From Psammoneis japonica (taxonomy: Eukaryota): 64,000 nucleotides of DNA. This document shows, in pieces, positions 35,048 through 46,929 of this stretch; the stretch's first letter is position 1, and each line of letters begins with the position of its first letter. Position numbers and translations under genes: made by a program. The notes under the pieces are model-generated. The model searched no databases. It saw only the letters and a program-made list of their open reading frames with translations, and was not told the DNA's origin. The stretch covers positions 62,001-126,000 of the forward strand of contig QPGO01000092.1 of assembly GCA_008632985.1 (NCBI GenBank), written 5' to 3'.

Positions 35048-38000
35048 GGTTGTGGCCTTGTGTTGTGCCACAGAACACTGCACTGTGCTTTCTGTTTTGA
35101 CTCATTTGTTTTGTGTGAACCGATCAAGCAAGCCTGATCATCTGCTCCTGAAACAGTTTTTTCCTCGGCTTTCCTGGCATTTTTCATGATTGCAGAAACA
35201 TAAAATGTTTTCACCATGTCCAACCATGGTGGTGCCCAACCCTGCAAAAACCATCCCCACAGCCATCACAGAGATCTGTTGTGAGTTTCAAGCACGTGCA
35301 ACTCCACCTCATCTCCATGCGGCCCTGAATGTGATTTACGCGGACTCCACACTCAATCTGGATCTGTTCTTTGAAGACTCAGACCATGCTTGACCCAAGA
35401 AAAATGTCATGGACTCACTCCGTGACTGTCTTGTCAATCAAGCGTTTCTTCCACCTTGTGCGACAGATCCCACAGACACACAGTCTGTCAAGACGATTGT
35501 GGACCAAGCTCCCTTTTGAGTTGCAGACCCCAGTGGGTCTCATGCAATTTGTTTGATGCCCAAAGGACTGTTTTCCATGATCAAGTTGACTCTTTAGAAC
35601 CACAGACATTCTTTGTTCATTGTCATGTTGACGCAGCATGTCCATGTGGACCCCAACATGTTGTGGAACTGCAGAGACTGGAATGAGTTCTCTCTGACTC
35701 CATGCAAGCCAAAGACTCAACCCACACCCCCATCTTTGACTTCTGCTGGAACCACAACTGTTGGTGTGAATGACCCAGTTGCAACACTCAATGAGTGCTC
35801 CATGAGCCAAGCTCTGCCTTCGACTGCAGCTGCAAAAACATCAGGAGGTGCTGCTTCCCATGTTGCATCAATGCATCCATTCAACCCCAATGCTTTGTCC
35901 AAGGATGTTTGTGCACACTGCAATTGCAAGGAATGCAGCAACACCACCTTGAAAAGTTCCCTCACCCCTTGTGCTCATGGGTGCCATCACTGTGTCAATG
36001 CATCTGAGTGCATCATCCTCAATGATGGCATGCTTTTTATCATGAGCTTGACTCCCGACCAGAAAATGTTGTCCAGGGAACCTTCCTGCCACATGCCATG
36101 ATGACTCTCCCACAGGAATCCGTGCTTGGCATCAAAATTTCTAACATCACTCCTTTGATTCTGGGTGCTGCGTCCATCCATTGTGGTGCTTCACTGAGGA
36201 CCATGGTGGTGAGAAAGGCTTCACAATCAGCAATGATGAGGACAATGACTCACCTCAATGCGTGTGTGTTCATTGCAAGGAAGCCCAGAGCTCTGTCCAC
36301 AAGATCTTGTCCAAAGCGGATGTGTTCCCCAAGAATGGCAAGCATCATTGGATTGTTGCTTCCTGCTGCTGCAATGGACACAAGGCCCTCAAGCAGATCT
36401 CATTTGAGATTCATCTTGCCTTCAAAAATGAAGCTGCAGGACCAGTGGACTCCTGCCCCATGCAAGGCAATCTCTCATTGACTGACTGCCACATTGTCTT
36501 TAAGGATTTTCTGCATTTGAATGCTTGTGTGTTTGATGTGGACTCCACATCAGATGACCCACGTGAGATGACTGTCTTTGTCAAGAGAACACCAAGCACT
36601 CCAAGTTTTTATCCTGTGCCACACATGATGAGTGCAAGTCTCCAGCTTTGCTCAAGAAATGTGTGGATGCCCAGATTGTTGAAACACTTTCAGACTTCCT
36701 TTGTCAACCCAACAGTCCAGCTGTCAGCAACTGCACCAACGTTTGCAACCCATGCTGCAGGTGAGATTGCAGTCCAGATGACACCTGCAACACTGCCACC
36801 AATGCAAATGCATTGCATGCTTTGGATGCACCTCTCATTGAAGCCCCTTCCAAGGGTGCACCTGAAGATGCCAGCACCCCAAACATTGCCATCATTCCCA
36901 GTTGTGATGCCATTGACACTCTGTGTGATGAGCTGGCTGCTCTTGATGCACCCCCTGCAGATGAAGACCGTGTCCTCCATCATGCACATTCTGCCTCCGT
37001 CTGCAAACTCAAGACTGCTCCACAGGAAGCTTTCAAAAAACCCTGCACAGTTTGTTCAGATGATCATTTGTTCCATGACTGTCCAGTGTTGAATGGTGCT
37101 GAACATCTCAAGAGTTTCCACATTTGCTTTTGCCAATTCTTGAAATGAGAGGCCGCTGTGCGTGCTGCAACAATCCAAGGTGCTCATGGTTTGTTGCCAT
37201 CTGCCATCTGCCAAGAAACCTGTGGAACTCTGGTGCTGAGCCTCCAAATTTTCAATCAGGTCATCACAGCTGGTTTTGGATCTCCAATGCAGCCCATTTT
37301 CTGCTGGCCAAGACAAGACAAATGTCAGTGGGGTGACTGCAAAAGAGGGGCTGCCAGTCTTGTCACCTGCCACTGAACCACCTCTTTCTCCAACAACCAA
37401 TCTGGGCAATGACAGCACTCCAGTGTCATCCATGCCTCCAGATGTTGCCAAGCTGCTGGATGACAATCCCACTCCAGATTCTTTGGATCAGTGGAGGGTT
37501 GATTCTGCTCTGAATTCTTTGGATCAGGGGAGGAACAACCAAGACTCATCTGATCAATGTGAGCTCATTGACCTTGCATGTGATGACATGGCTTTTGAAG
37601 ACAGTTTTGCAGCAATCAACTCTGTTCATGTCACCCTGACTGCCCCTGCTCATGCATTTGAATCTGTGCCAACGGAACTCCATTGTGAACCACTCCAGGT
37701 CAATGCTGTCAATTTTGCTCCAAATGAACAATGTGCTCAGTTGGGTGCTGGTGCTGACATTGCCTGCACTGGTGATCGTGACCTCCTGCATCAACACCAG
37801 GAATTCACTCCAGATGACTCATGTCCTCTTGCTGTCAACCCAGCTCTTGGTCATGAAGTGGTGCCAGTTGGCTTTGGTTGCCTTCACACACCGGCAGAAA
37901 ACTCCCAAGGTTTTGTTGAGATTTGCGTGCATCATCACCCACACACTCAATCTGCCCTGGTTGATGAGCAATTGTCACCGTGCAAGAATGGTGCCCATCG

Positions 38001-41000
38001 CATGGACCACAATGTCAATTGCATCCTCAAGTTTCACAATTTAGGTGCCTGCAAGTTTGTTGCATTACATCGGTTTTGCAAGAGTCAGGATGTTGTCATT
38101 CATGGTCAGTTGATCAACGGCAAGTGCCACACTCACCCACTTGCACCTCCAACATCTCATGATGAACTTGATGCATTGATTGAGCACTTGAAGGCCACTG
38201 ATCCATCTTTTTCAGAAGAGTGCGGCTGAAGTGGTCTTGTTGCACATGATTGCAACATGTTGTGGACACCAGAACGATGCCTTGCATGAGGAACGCAAGT
38301 TGATTCCACGAGTTTGCCAGGACATTCCCTTTGAAGAACATGCCAAGAAGAACACTCCTGTTCAATCCCTCAAGACTGACATGGAACGTCTTTTGTGACA
38401 CCAATGACTTGGTCATCCCAGCAATCACTGCTTGTGTCATGTGCATCATGAACATGTTGACGGTGTCCCCAAGTTTGCTCACAGCACATCTCCTCTAGAT
38501 GCTTGTCCTGCCTGCATCCAAGCAAAGCAGACCAAGGAACCCGCTGGTCTGAACACTGTGTTGACTGCCACTCAACCCCATCAAGGTCCAACAGCGGACT
38601 TCTCTTTCTCCAGATTGTGCTCAAAGAACAAGGCACATGCCGCTGATTGTGCTGGATTGAGTGGCAAGACTTGTTGGATCACTGTCTGTGATCACCACGC
38701 CAAACAAGTTTGTGGTGCTGCTCATGTCTCTGAGGCCACTCCTCCAATTGGATTTTCCACTTTCTGGAGGAGCCCTTGCCAAGATGTCTGGATGAATGTG
38801 TCTTTCTGGATCAAGGTGAAGATTTGCACAATGGTCCAGCAGCTCGGCAACTCTTTGAGGATGACTTTCACTGTGTGATTCATCCCATCATGGGAAAAGA
38901 TGCTTCAAACCAGAGTGGCCCAGTTGAGCAGAGTCATTTGACTGTTGCAAGTGCCACTTGGGTGATGCTGACAGGTGCAATCTGCTGATCAAGTTCTGGC
39001 CCTGTGCTTTTCAAGATTGTCCTCAAATCAAGAATGCTGTGCCATCCAAAGGACAAACTGCTGCTCCAATTGCCCTTGCCACTGGTCAGAGAGATGATTT
39101 TTTCTGCTTTCTGAACATTTGGTTGCCATGTCTGGGTCCATGTCTTGAATCACCGACTGGCAAAATTCAAGACTGACTCTTGCAAGGGAATTTTCTTGGA
39201 TTGTTCTTCTGGATGCCACAAAGAACATTTTTGTGGCACATGACCCTGTGATGCCCGGGTCAAGCTTGCCAAGCACATGCACTTCAACGAAGGAATGAAT
39301 GACTTGGATTGTGATTCCATCCCTCCCCATGTGGACCATTTGGGGTGCACCCAAGCTGGTGATCCTGTCCCTGCTGAGACCAAGGAAATGACTGCAGATG
39401 AGTTTCACTTCACTGGCAATCCTTTTGCCCAGACCATTGCATGGTCATGCACAATGAAAGGACCACATTTGGATTCCAACTTTGGGCTGTCCTTGACTGC
39501 AGATGAGTTGTGCCAATGTGTCTGTGTCTCGGATGTCTGACATCAGTTCTCCTTCTGCTCATCTCTTCTCTTTGTTGAAGGTGATGTGCAACAAGACATT
39601 GGGCACTTGTGTTGTCTTGATTGATGGTCACCCGGGAGACTCATTTTGAAATTGAATTTGTGCCAGAACAATGTCTTGACTCTAAAGCTTTGCAACATCC
39701 CCTGTGGTGGAACACAATGTTTTCTTGCCCACTCCCAACCCTGATGACAAAGATGTCCTGGAGATCATGAAGGCTGACACACATGCAACTGCTGTGATGC
39801 ATCATCTGGGTGTCAATTTTTTGGAAGTTGATGAGGTTTGGGAACCTCCCCCTTTTCACATTGATTGTGACAATGGCATCATGAATGTCAATGTGATGTC
39901 TTCTCATGCCATCATCCCGGAGGAGCAAGCTCAATGTGCCTTTGCTTGGCACCATCTCAAGAAGTCACCTGCATGGCCTGAGTGGCATGCAGGCAAGTTC
40001 AACAGGCAGCTGGACCAGTTTCATGAACTTGGCATGTTTGGTGCCCCCATCAAACAACCCAAGGATGCCTTTGTCCTCTGTCCTCATTGGCAACATGACC
40101 TCAAGCATGATGGCATGCAATGTTCCTGCCAGTGTTGTGATGGATCACTGTGTGTTGCATCTGTCCTCCACAGACTGCAGCACCAAACGCACTCCTCCTG
40201 TGTTGAGAAACCAATTCGGTGCATGTTTTTTGCACTTGCAGCTGCCATGAGCTGTTGAGTCCATGGCGGTGATGCCTGAGATGTGCACACACACTCTCCT
40301 GGGCCCTCTCATCCTGTCTGTGTTGCAAGTGATGAAGCATGCACAACATGGCACAAGTCTTGCTTTGGCGTCAATCTGCATTGGAGGACCATGGTTTTGC
40401 TGATGCGACATGCTCTTCAAGGACACCCAGAAGTTGGTGTGCTCTGGGAGAAACACATCAATGACATCCTTTTTGATGTGACCCTGGTGTTCCACAATGC
40501 AATGCATGACAAGTGCACTCATTCAGCTGCCTTTGATGGACACAAGATCTTGTTGCTCCAACAAGTTGACGATTTCTCTGTTGCTTGTCCTGAAGAATCC
40601 ATTGTGACCATGATCTGTGACAAGATTGGCAAGGCTCTCCAACTTCCTTCCAAAGACACCCCACACCTTTCAAGTGCCTGAGACTGATTGTCGAATTCAA
40701 TGGTGTTGACATTCACCAATGTGACAACTCTGTTGGCATTGCCATTCACGGGGCTGCATTGAATGGGCACGCATCTTGCATGGTTGGGCCAAGCCGACTG
40801 CTGATGAACCTGCATTGAACTGCATGGTGACTGTGATCCTGGTCAATTGTGTTCGTGATTTGCACACTGACATTGGCCCTGCTAAAGGGACACCAGAACA
40901 TGCCAAGCTTGAAGAGGCAGCTGGTTTTGGATGCTGCACTCTCCTTGGTGAATTGTTGTGTGCATGTGTTGTTTGCAGATTGGACATCAGACATGCTGTC

Positions 41001-41803
41001 ACTGCCTTGTTGTCCAAGTTCTCTTTGTGTCCTTCCATGGTGCACTGCAATGCATTGAAGGGTGTTTGCAAGTGCCTCCACCAGACCAAGCATTGGGAAC
41101 TGAGCTGCAGGAAACTCAAGCATGATCTGAGTTTGCCTCCATGTCCTTTTGAGCGCTTGACTCCTGACCCCACCCTGCCATCATTTCTCCCACTTCTGAG
41201 AGTGATTGTCAACTCCTTGCCTTCATGGATGCTGCCTGTGGAAATGATCTTTGCAACCATCAGTCCACAACAGGGCATGCTTGCATGTTGGCTGGTGCTG
41301 CCACATCTTTCCAATGCAAGACCCAATCAGTGACTGCTGTGGGTTCTGTGGAAGTGGAGTTTTGTGCCACCAGCACTGCTGCCAATCACACTCTGCCTTT
41401 TGTTGACAAAAAATTGGCAATCAAGATGACCAACCATTCTGTCCCCACCAAGAGTTTGCACCACATTGACACTCAGTTCTTTGCAATCCAAGATTGGAAG
41501 GAAGCGGGCAAGATTGTCACACCAAGACACATGCCTGGCATTGTCAACCCCAGTGATGACCTTGCCAAGGCTCCAGGATGGGCATTTCATGCCCGCTGTG
41601 CTCAATGCATGATGGGACACTGCCGTTGATTTTTCTTTTTTGTGGTGGCCTCCCTGCTGCAGATTGCTTCCTTGTTTGTCATGCATGTTGCGCATTGGGC
41701 TTGGACATTTTTTGTGTGCTGTGGTCTCTTCTCTCCTGCATCATCCCTGTTCTGTGGATTGATCTGCATTGTCACACACTGGACATTGCAGATCAGGGGA
41801 GGG

Positions 41804-41981
41804 TGTCAGTGTGTCTGTCATGCAATGGACAGATTGTGCGCAGATGATGACCAGACCTTTTCAGACAGCCAAGCAGATCTCTCTGAGATCCACCTCTTCT
41901 GCCAGTGCTTGTGTTGTCACAGTCCCAGTGCTTGGGGAGTCTTTCATGCCTCTGTCGTCATTGACCTTTGGCATTCTGTCA
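41804..41981 (+). repeat. 3' LTR
   Basis: Follows the PPT directly. Starts tgtcag and ends ctgtca. Confidence 0.9.
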
Positions 41982-42939
41982 AATGTGGGAAGGCAGCAGT
42001 GCTGCGCACACCAAAGTGGCAGCTTGAGAAGATCCCCCAGCAGTGGAAGAAGAAGGGCAGGCCAGCAACATCATTGCTGAACACCTTGCCACACATTTGG
42101 CTGTCATGCAGTAAAAAGATGACAGTCTCAAAAACAGGACTGGATGTCTTGCTTGCCTCAAGCAAAACATTGTGATGCTGGGTGACACCCAGCTCTGTTT
42201 TTTGCACATGTGGGGGTGGCAACCTCTTGGCACGGTCTCAGCTTCCTCAGAAGGCTCTGCTGGTTCTTTTTGAAGACATGTTGTCCAGCAACATTGACAT
42301 CCTGATGGCCAGCTCTCATCACCAGAGCTTGGTGCTGGTCAAAGAAAATGTGTTGGGGGTGTGCTTCAACTCAACAAAACAAAGACAACAAGACCAAACA
42401 TGAGGATTGCAGGCAGGCTGAGCTGAAGCACTTGGCATCATCCCATCTGTCTGAGCTCAAACACTGGAGCCCTCACAGTCATGACAGATCTCTGCATGAT
42501 GACAGGTGGCATTTTTTGATTGAAGAAAGACAAGCTGTGTCACAACACTTGGCATCATCTCATCTGAGCTCAAACACTGGAGCCCTTGCAGCTGTGATGA
42601 GCGGATCTGTGGGGTTGGTCCATTTCTGGACCATGAGAGCAAAAGCACTGCACAGTGTGGAAAGCATGCATGCACAGTGACTGCACAACAACCAGGCTTG
42701 GCTGGGGCACTCTGCTCTGACTTGCAACTAGCCTGATTTTCCAATGACCACCATTGCCCTGATTCTTTTGATGCTGGCTGCTCTGCAGAGCTTCAACAAA
42801 TGCTTGTGCATCTTTGTTGTCAAACAAGGAGCACATTTTTACATTCTTTTTCTGTTTGCCATTCAACACAACAAAGGGTCTTGCCTTTCAAAATGAGAGC
42901 ACAGCCCTGCTGTTTTGCTGTCAGCGCACCTGGTGCATG

Positions 42940-43230
42940 GTGGCACACTGTGGCCAGACTGTCTGTTGGGTGCAGGTCAGACACCACCTTTTTAGATGGC
43001 TGAGCAGTTTCCTCTGGGATCTGCCTCTCACTCTGTTTCTTGCAAGCAGCACACCACATGTCACTGCTGTTGCTGGTTTGTGTTGCAGGGAGATCCATGT
43101 CACATTTGTTGACTCAGCTGCCATTGCTCTGGTGGGTTGTGGCCCAGTGCTGCACTGCATGCTTTCTGTGTTGTGAGCCCATTTTGACTCATTTGGCTTG
43201 CAATTTTGTGATCTGACCAAGCCTGCCCCA
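42940..43230 (+). mobile_element. Second, truncated copia: LTR remnant, PBS and leader
   Basis: ggttgtggcccag at 43135-43147. Following sequence (ctgcactg..tgctttctg...ttttgactcattt...caagcctg) resembles the leader at 35070-35140. Upstream part is homologous to 61775-61880. Confidence 0.65.
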
Positions 43231-46200
43231 AGTTTTCACTCCCATTGGGATGTTTTTTCACAAAACCAAGACATTTTTTGGGCTGCAGGACAGCCCTGGT
43301 GGCCCTCCATGAGCTGTGAGAACAACTTTCTGCGCACCTCCACTGTGGTGACTTGCAAGAGAGAAAAGAGCACCATTGGTGCCTTGTCAAGATCTAAGCT
43401 GTTCTTTTCAGGCACACCCTCATCCACCAAAGGCCCAAATTGTGCCTGAGCAGCATTTGCAGTGCCTCAACTGTTCTTGTCTGGACCCATTTTTCTCAAC
43501 AAATCAAGTCAATCCAAGGATCATGCTCCTGAGCTGTCATTGCAGGGGTGCTGTGTTCTCCAAAAAACCCTCACCTTGCCAGAAATGAGAGATGCCCCTC
43601 TGGTGTCTCATTTGTCATGTCACTTTTCAAGAAAGTCCCTCTCAAGTTAAGAACTCCAAGGATGGGGCAACAGCTCTGCATCTTGTCTGTCATGCAGATG
43701 CTGGGACACAAGACTCATCTTGCTCTCAAGGCTTCTTGCAACCAAAAACAGCTGCTTTGCTGGTCAGTGTGGTGGCAAACATGTGCTTCAACCACCCCCT
43801 GGCATAAAACACAGATGTGTGGATCTGCTTTTTCTGTCAAAGCACACATCCTCACCTCCAGCAGCTCTGCTTGCCATTCTGGCTTGGCCTGTCAGTGTCA
43901 CAAATCTTGTCATGCCCTGAAGCACAACTCTGCAGCATCCAAGACACCCCCAGTGGCTCTGGCTCTTCAACCACTGAGACACCATCAATGTCTTCAACTT
44001 CCAAGAAGTTTCTTCTGCTCAACCTGCGTGCACTGCTGCCCTCAATTCACAAATGTTTTGACCACAGTGTTGTGGATGAGGCAACAATTCTTCTGAGTTT
44101 GTTTGCCCCATTTGATGGCGGCAACATCATTTGGATGAGACAGACCACATCGCACACTCAGCTTGCCAGTGGACCCCTTTTTGCAACAGGTCCAATGCTG
44201 GGCCACCCCATCTGCAAAATGCCCAGTGTGTTGCACCATGTGCTCCTTCTGCTCCTCTGTTCTGACAGCCTCTTTGATGCCTCCTTCTGCTGTCCCTCAT
44301 GCTTTTGCCCAGGCTCTTTAATTCCTTGCTTGGTTTGAAAGCTTTGTGCTCCACAAACCAAGCTCATGTTGTGATCATTTGCCACACAACACTTGCCAGT
44401 GGTGATGCCTCAATTTCCAGCAGCAGTGTGCAGCTGGTTGGCTGATGGCTGCTGCTCACCCTCTTTGGCATTTCCTTCAAACCATGGCGGCAGATGGGGT
44501 TTTGCTGTTGACAATGACCCTTGAGCTTGCAGCAACTTGTTGGGCTTTGGGCAAAGTTGAGCAAAAATTCAAACATGGCATTTGTCAAAATGTCATTTTC
44601 CCTGCACAAATGTCAACTTGATGTCTGCAGAGCAAGAGATGCCACAGTTTGTGCTCATGTTGGCACACAGCAACCTCTGATGACATCAGCAATGGAGGCA
44701 TGCTTTCATCCCAGGTGAGAAATGAACACATGGAGAGGTTGGGCATTGTGCCCACTCTTTTTGTTCCATCACTGTGCATTTTGTGTGAGCAAATCTGTGA
44801 CAGATTTTCCCCCAATTTTGTGTGGCTTTTTCCCCAGATCTGGCTGCTTTGAAGTGTCAGCTGTTGCTCTCATTGCCCAGAGGGCATGGACAACAAAAGA
44901 AAAGTCTTCATTTTGGGGCAACATTTTGGCAAGAAAATGGTGGGAAGCTGTGCACAATGACTGCTTTTGCTGCAGCTTGGAGCCACTGTTTGTCTGTTTC
45001 TTTCACCACATCTTTTCACAGCCAATGCCCACACTCTTCATGGCATAAAGAGCTCAGCACCCACACCCAAAAAAGTGGTGCTCTAGCCAGCTCCATCATT
45101 TTTCATGTGAGCAAAATTGGGGGGAGGTTGACTTTGCATGTGTGCTTGTTCTTTGTGAAGTCAACTGTCTCAAAGATTGGCAGATTTGCAAGCCTGTGTG
45201 GGAGCCTTGTCCGGCAAATTGGCAGAGGCAACATCAACAAAACAAGCCAATGTTGACAAAATTTCAGCTCTAGACTGACACATCAAGTTGCAACTTGTTG
45301 AAACAAAAGAGGTGGAGCAAAGCAGCTCTGTGGCACACAGATGTTGCCAGCATTGTTGCCCCACTTTGCCACATTGTTGGATGCATTGTTCTTGCACCCA
45401 GGCTTTTCATCCATTGTGTGCACTCAAAGCTGGTCTTTTGTCCATGCCAAATGCTCCAGCATGTGTGTGTGTGTGTGCTTGTGAAACCTGACATCAAAGC
45501 AAAGGCACCATCCATGGTGACTTAAGGTGCAGGCATGACAGAGTGCAAAAAACATGCCAGTGTGCCACAAAGACAGGTGTGTTGTTGCTTCCATCTGACA
45601 TCAAGAGTTGACTTCACAGCTGCAGGAAGAGAAATGGAGGCATCAACAAAATGCTGCCAGCTGAAAAGCTTGCCCCCCCCCGGCAGCAAAAATCAAGCTC
45701 CAAAAACACTTTCACATTGAGCACAGCCTTGCTTGCCTGTTGCTGCTTTTCTTTCTTGGTGCCCTCATCACAACTCATGTGGTTCTTGGATCATGAGGCA
45801 GCAAACTTCTCTTTGCTTTGGAGCTCACTCAATTTTCTTGCATGGGCTTGGTGTCAAGTGCAAAAGACACATGGAGGCTGAGTCACATGGAAAACCTTGC
45901 AACTTGTGTCCAAAATGGGCAAAAAAAGTCTGGAGGCAGCAAGGAGCACTCTCTCAACTCTCAAAAAGCTGTGCAAAAGACACCACACATGGCTTGGCTG
46001 CCATGGAAAATCTGAAGAGTGCTGCTTTTGAAGATGGCTGGCACACTTTGCCATGTTGCAACCCTGAATGTTGTGGCAAATGCGCGACAAAGCTGAGAAC
46101 ATCAAAATGTCAAAAATGACAAAAATGCTGGCATGTGTTGCTGCAAGCTGCACTTTCTTGTTGCTGGGTGCAAGTGCTTGCCTCGTTTTTGAAACAAAAA

Positions 46201-46929
46201 TTTCTCTAAGAGCAGAATCAAATGGGCCATTTTAGATTGTTCTCATCATGCCATGGTGAGCTGCTGATGAGCTGGTCTCCAGCTGTGCTTGTGCGAGTCT
46301 CTGGCAGCTGGTTGTTTGTGTGTTTGCAGCTTCACAAGGCTGAATTTGAGCCCTTTGGCCTGTTGCCACTGCCTGTTTTTTGTCAACACAGCATGTCAAA
46401 ATGTGCCTGTTTGTCAACATGTGGTTTGCCATTGTGCTTTCAAGGTGGGTTCAATTCTGTGCCTTGATGAAGTGCAGCACCTCCAGCCAGCTCTGCTGGC
46501 ACATGCAGGTGGCCATGGATGTGCAACTGAACAACAGGACAGACAGGCCTGTGCAGGCCCACTGTTGGCCTCTGCAATCAGCCCTTGTTCAATGTGCATC
46601 AGATTGGTTGCTGGCTGGCCTCCCATTTCCAGCACAATTGTGCATCAGCTGCAGAGACTTCAAGTTTTTGCATGCTGAATTTTGTGGGGCAGAGCTTTTC
46701 AAAATTTTTGATTTTTCTGAACACTGCAACATGCAACAACACTCAAACAACAAACATTGATGATGCTGTCAATGGGACAACATCAAAGCCACTTTGTCCC
46801 ACTTGTGAACTTGCAGTGCAATGGCACCTGACACCAAAGCTGCAGAGCCAACACAAAAAGGAAGGCAAAGAAGGCTTGCATTTGCAACTGGGGCAACAAA
46901 TGCAATGTGACACATTCCACATGCTTTTC

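Larger units (their letters stand above)
34730..41981 (+). mobile_element. Full-length, hypermutated Ty1/copia (CoDi-like) LTR retrotransposon
   Basis: TG...CA LTRs at both ends. PBS-like ggttgtggcc at 35048. PPT aggggaggg at 41795-41803. TSD gatgt/aatgt. Domain order: gag knuckle (CTVCSDDHLFHDC), protease, integrase (LGHPS...CPACIQAKQ), RT (ALQGHPE, QVDDF), RNase H (DAA.GND...STTG, NPSDDL.K). Confidence 0.92.

Noticed and set aside
35200..41630. Alternative genetic code or foreign (viral/HGT) insert
   Set aside because: Non-coding LTR and PBS sequences are changed too, frames are broken, and the domains are ordinary copia.
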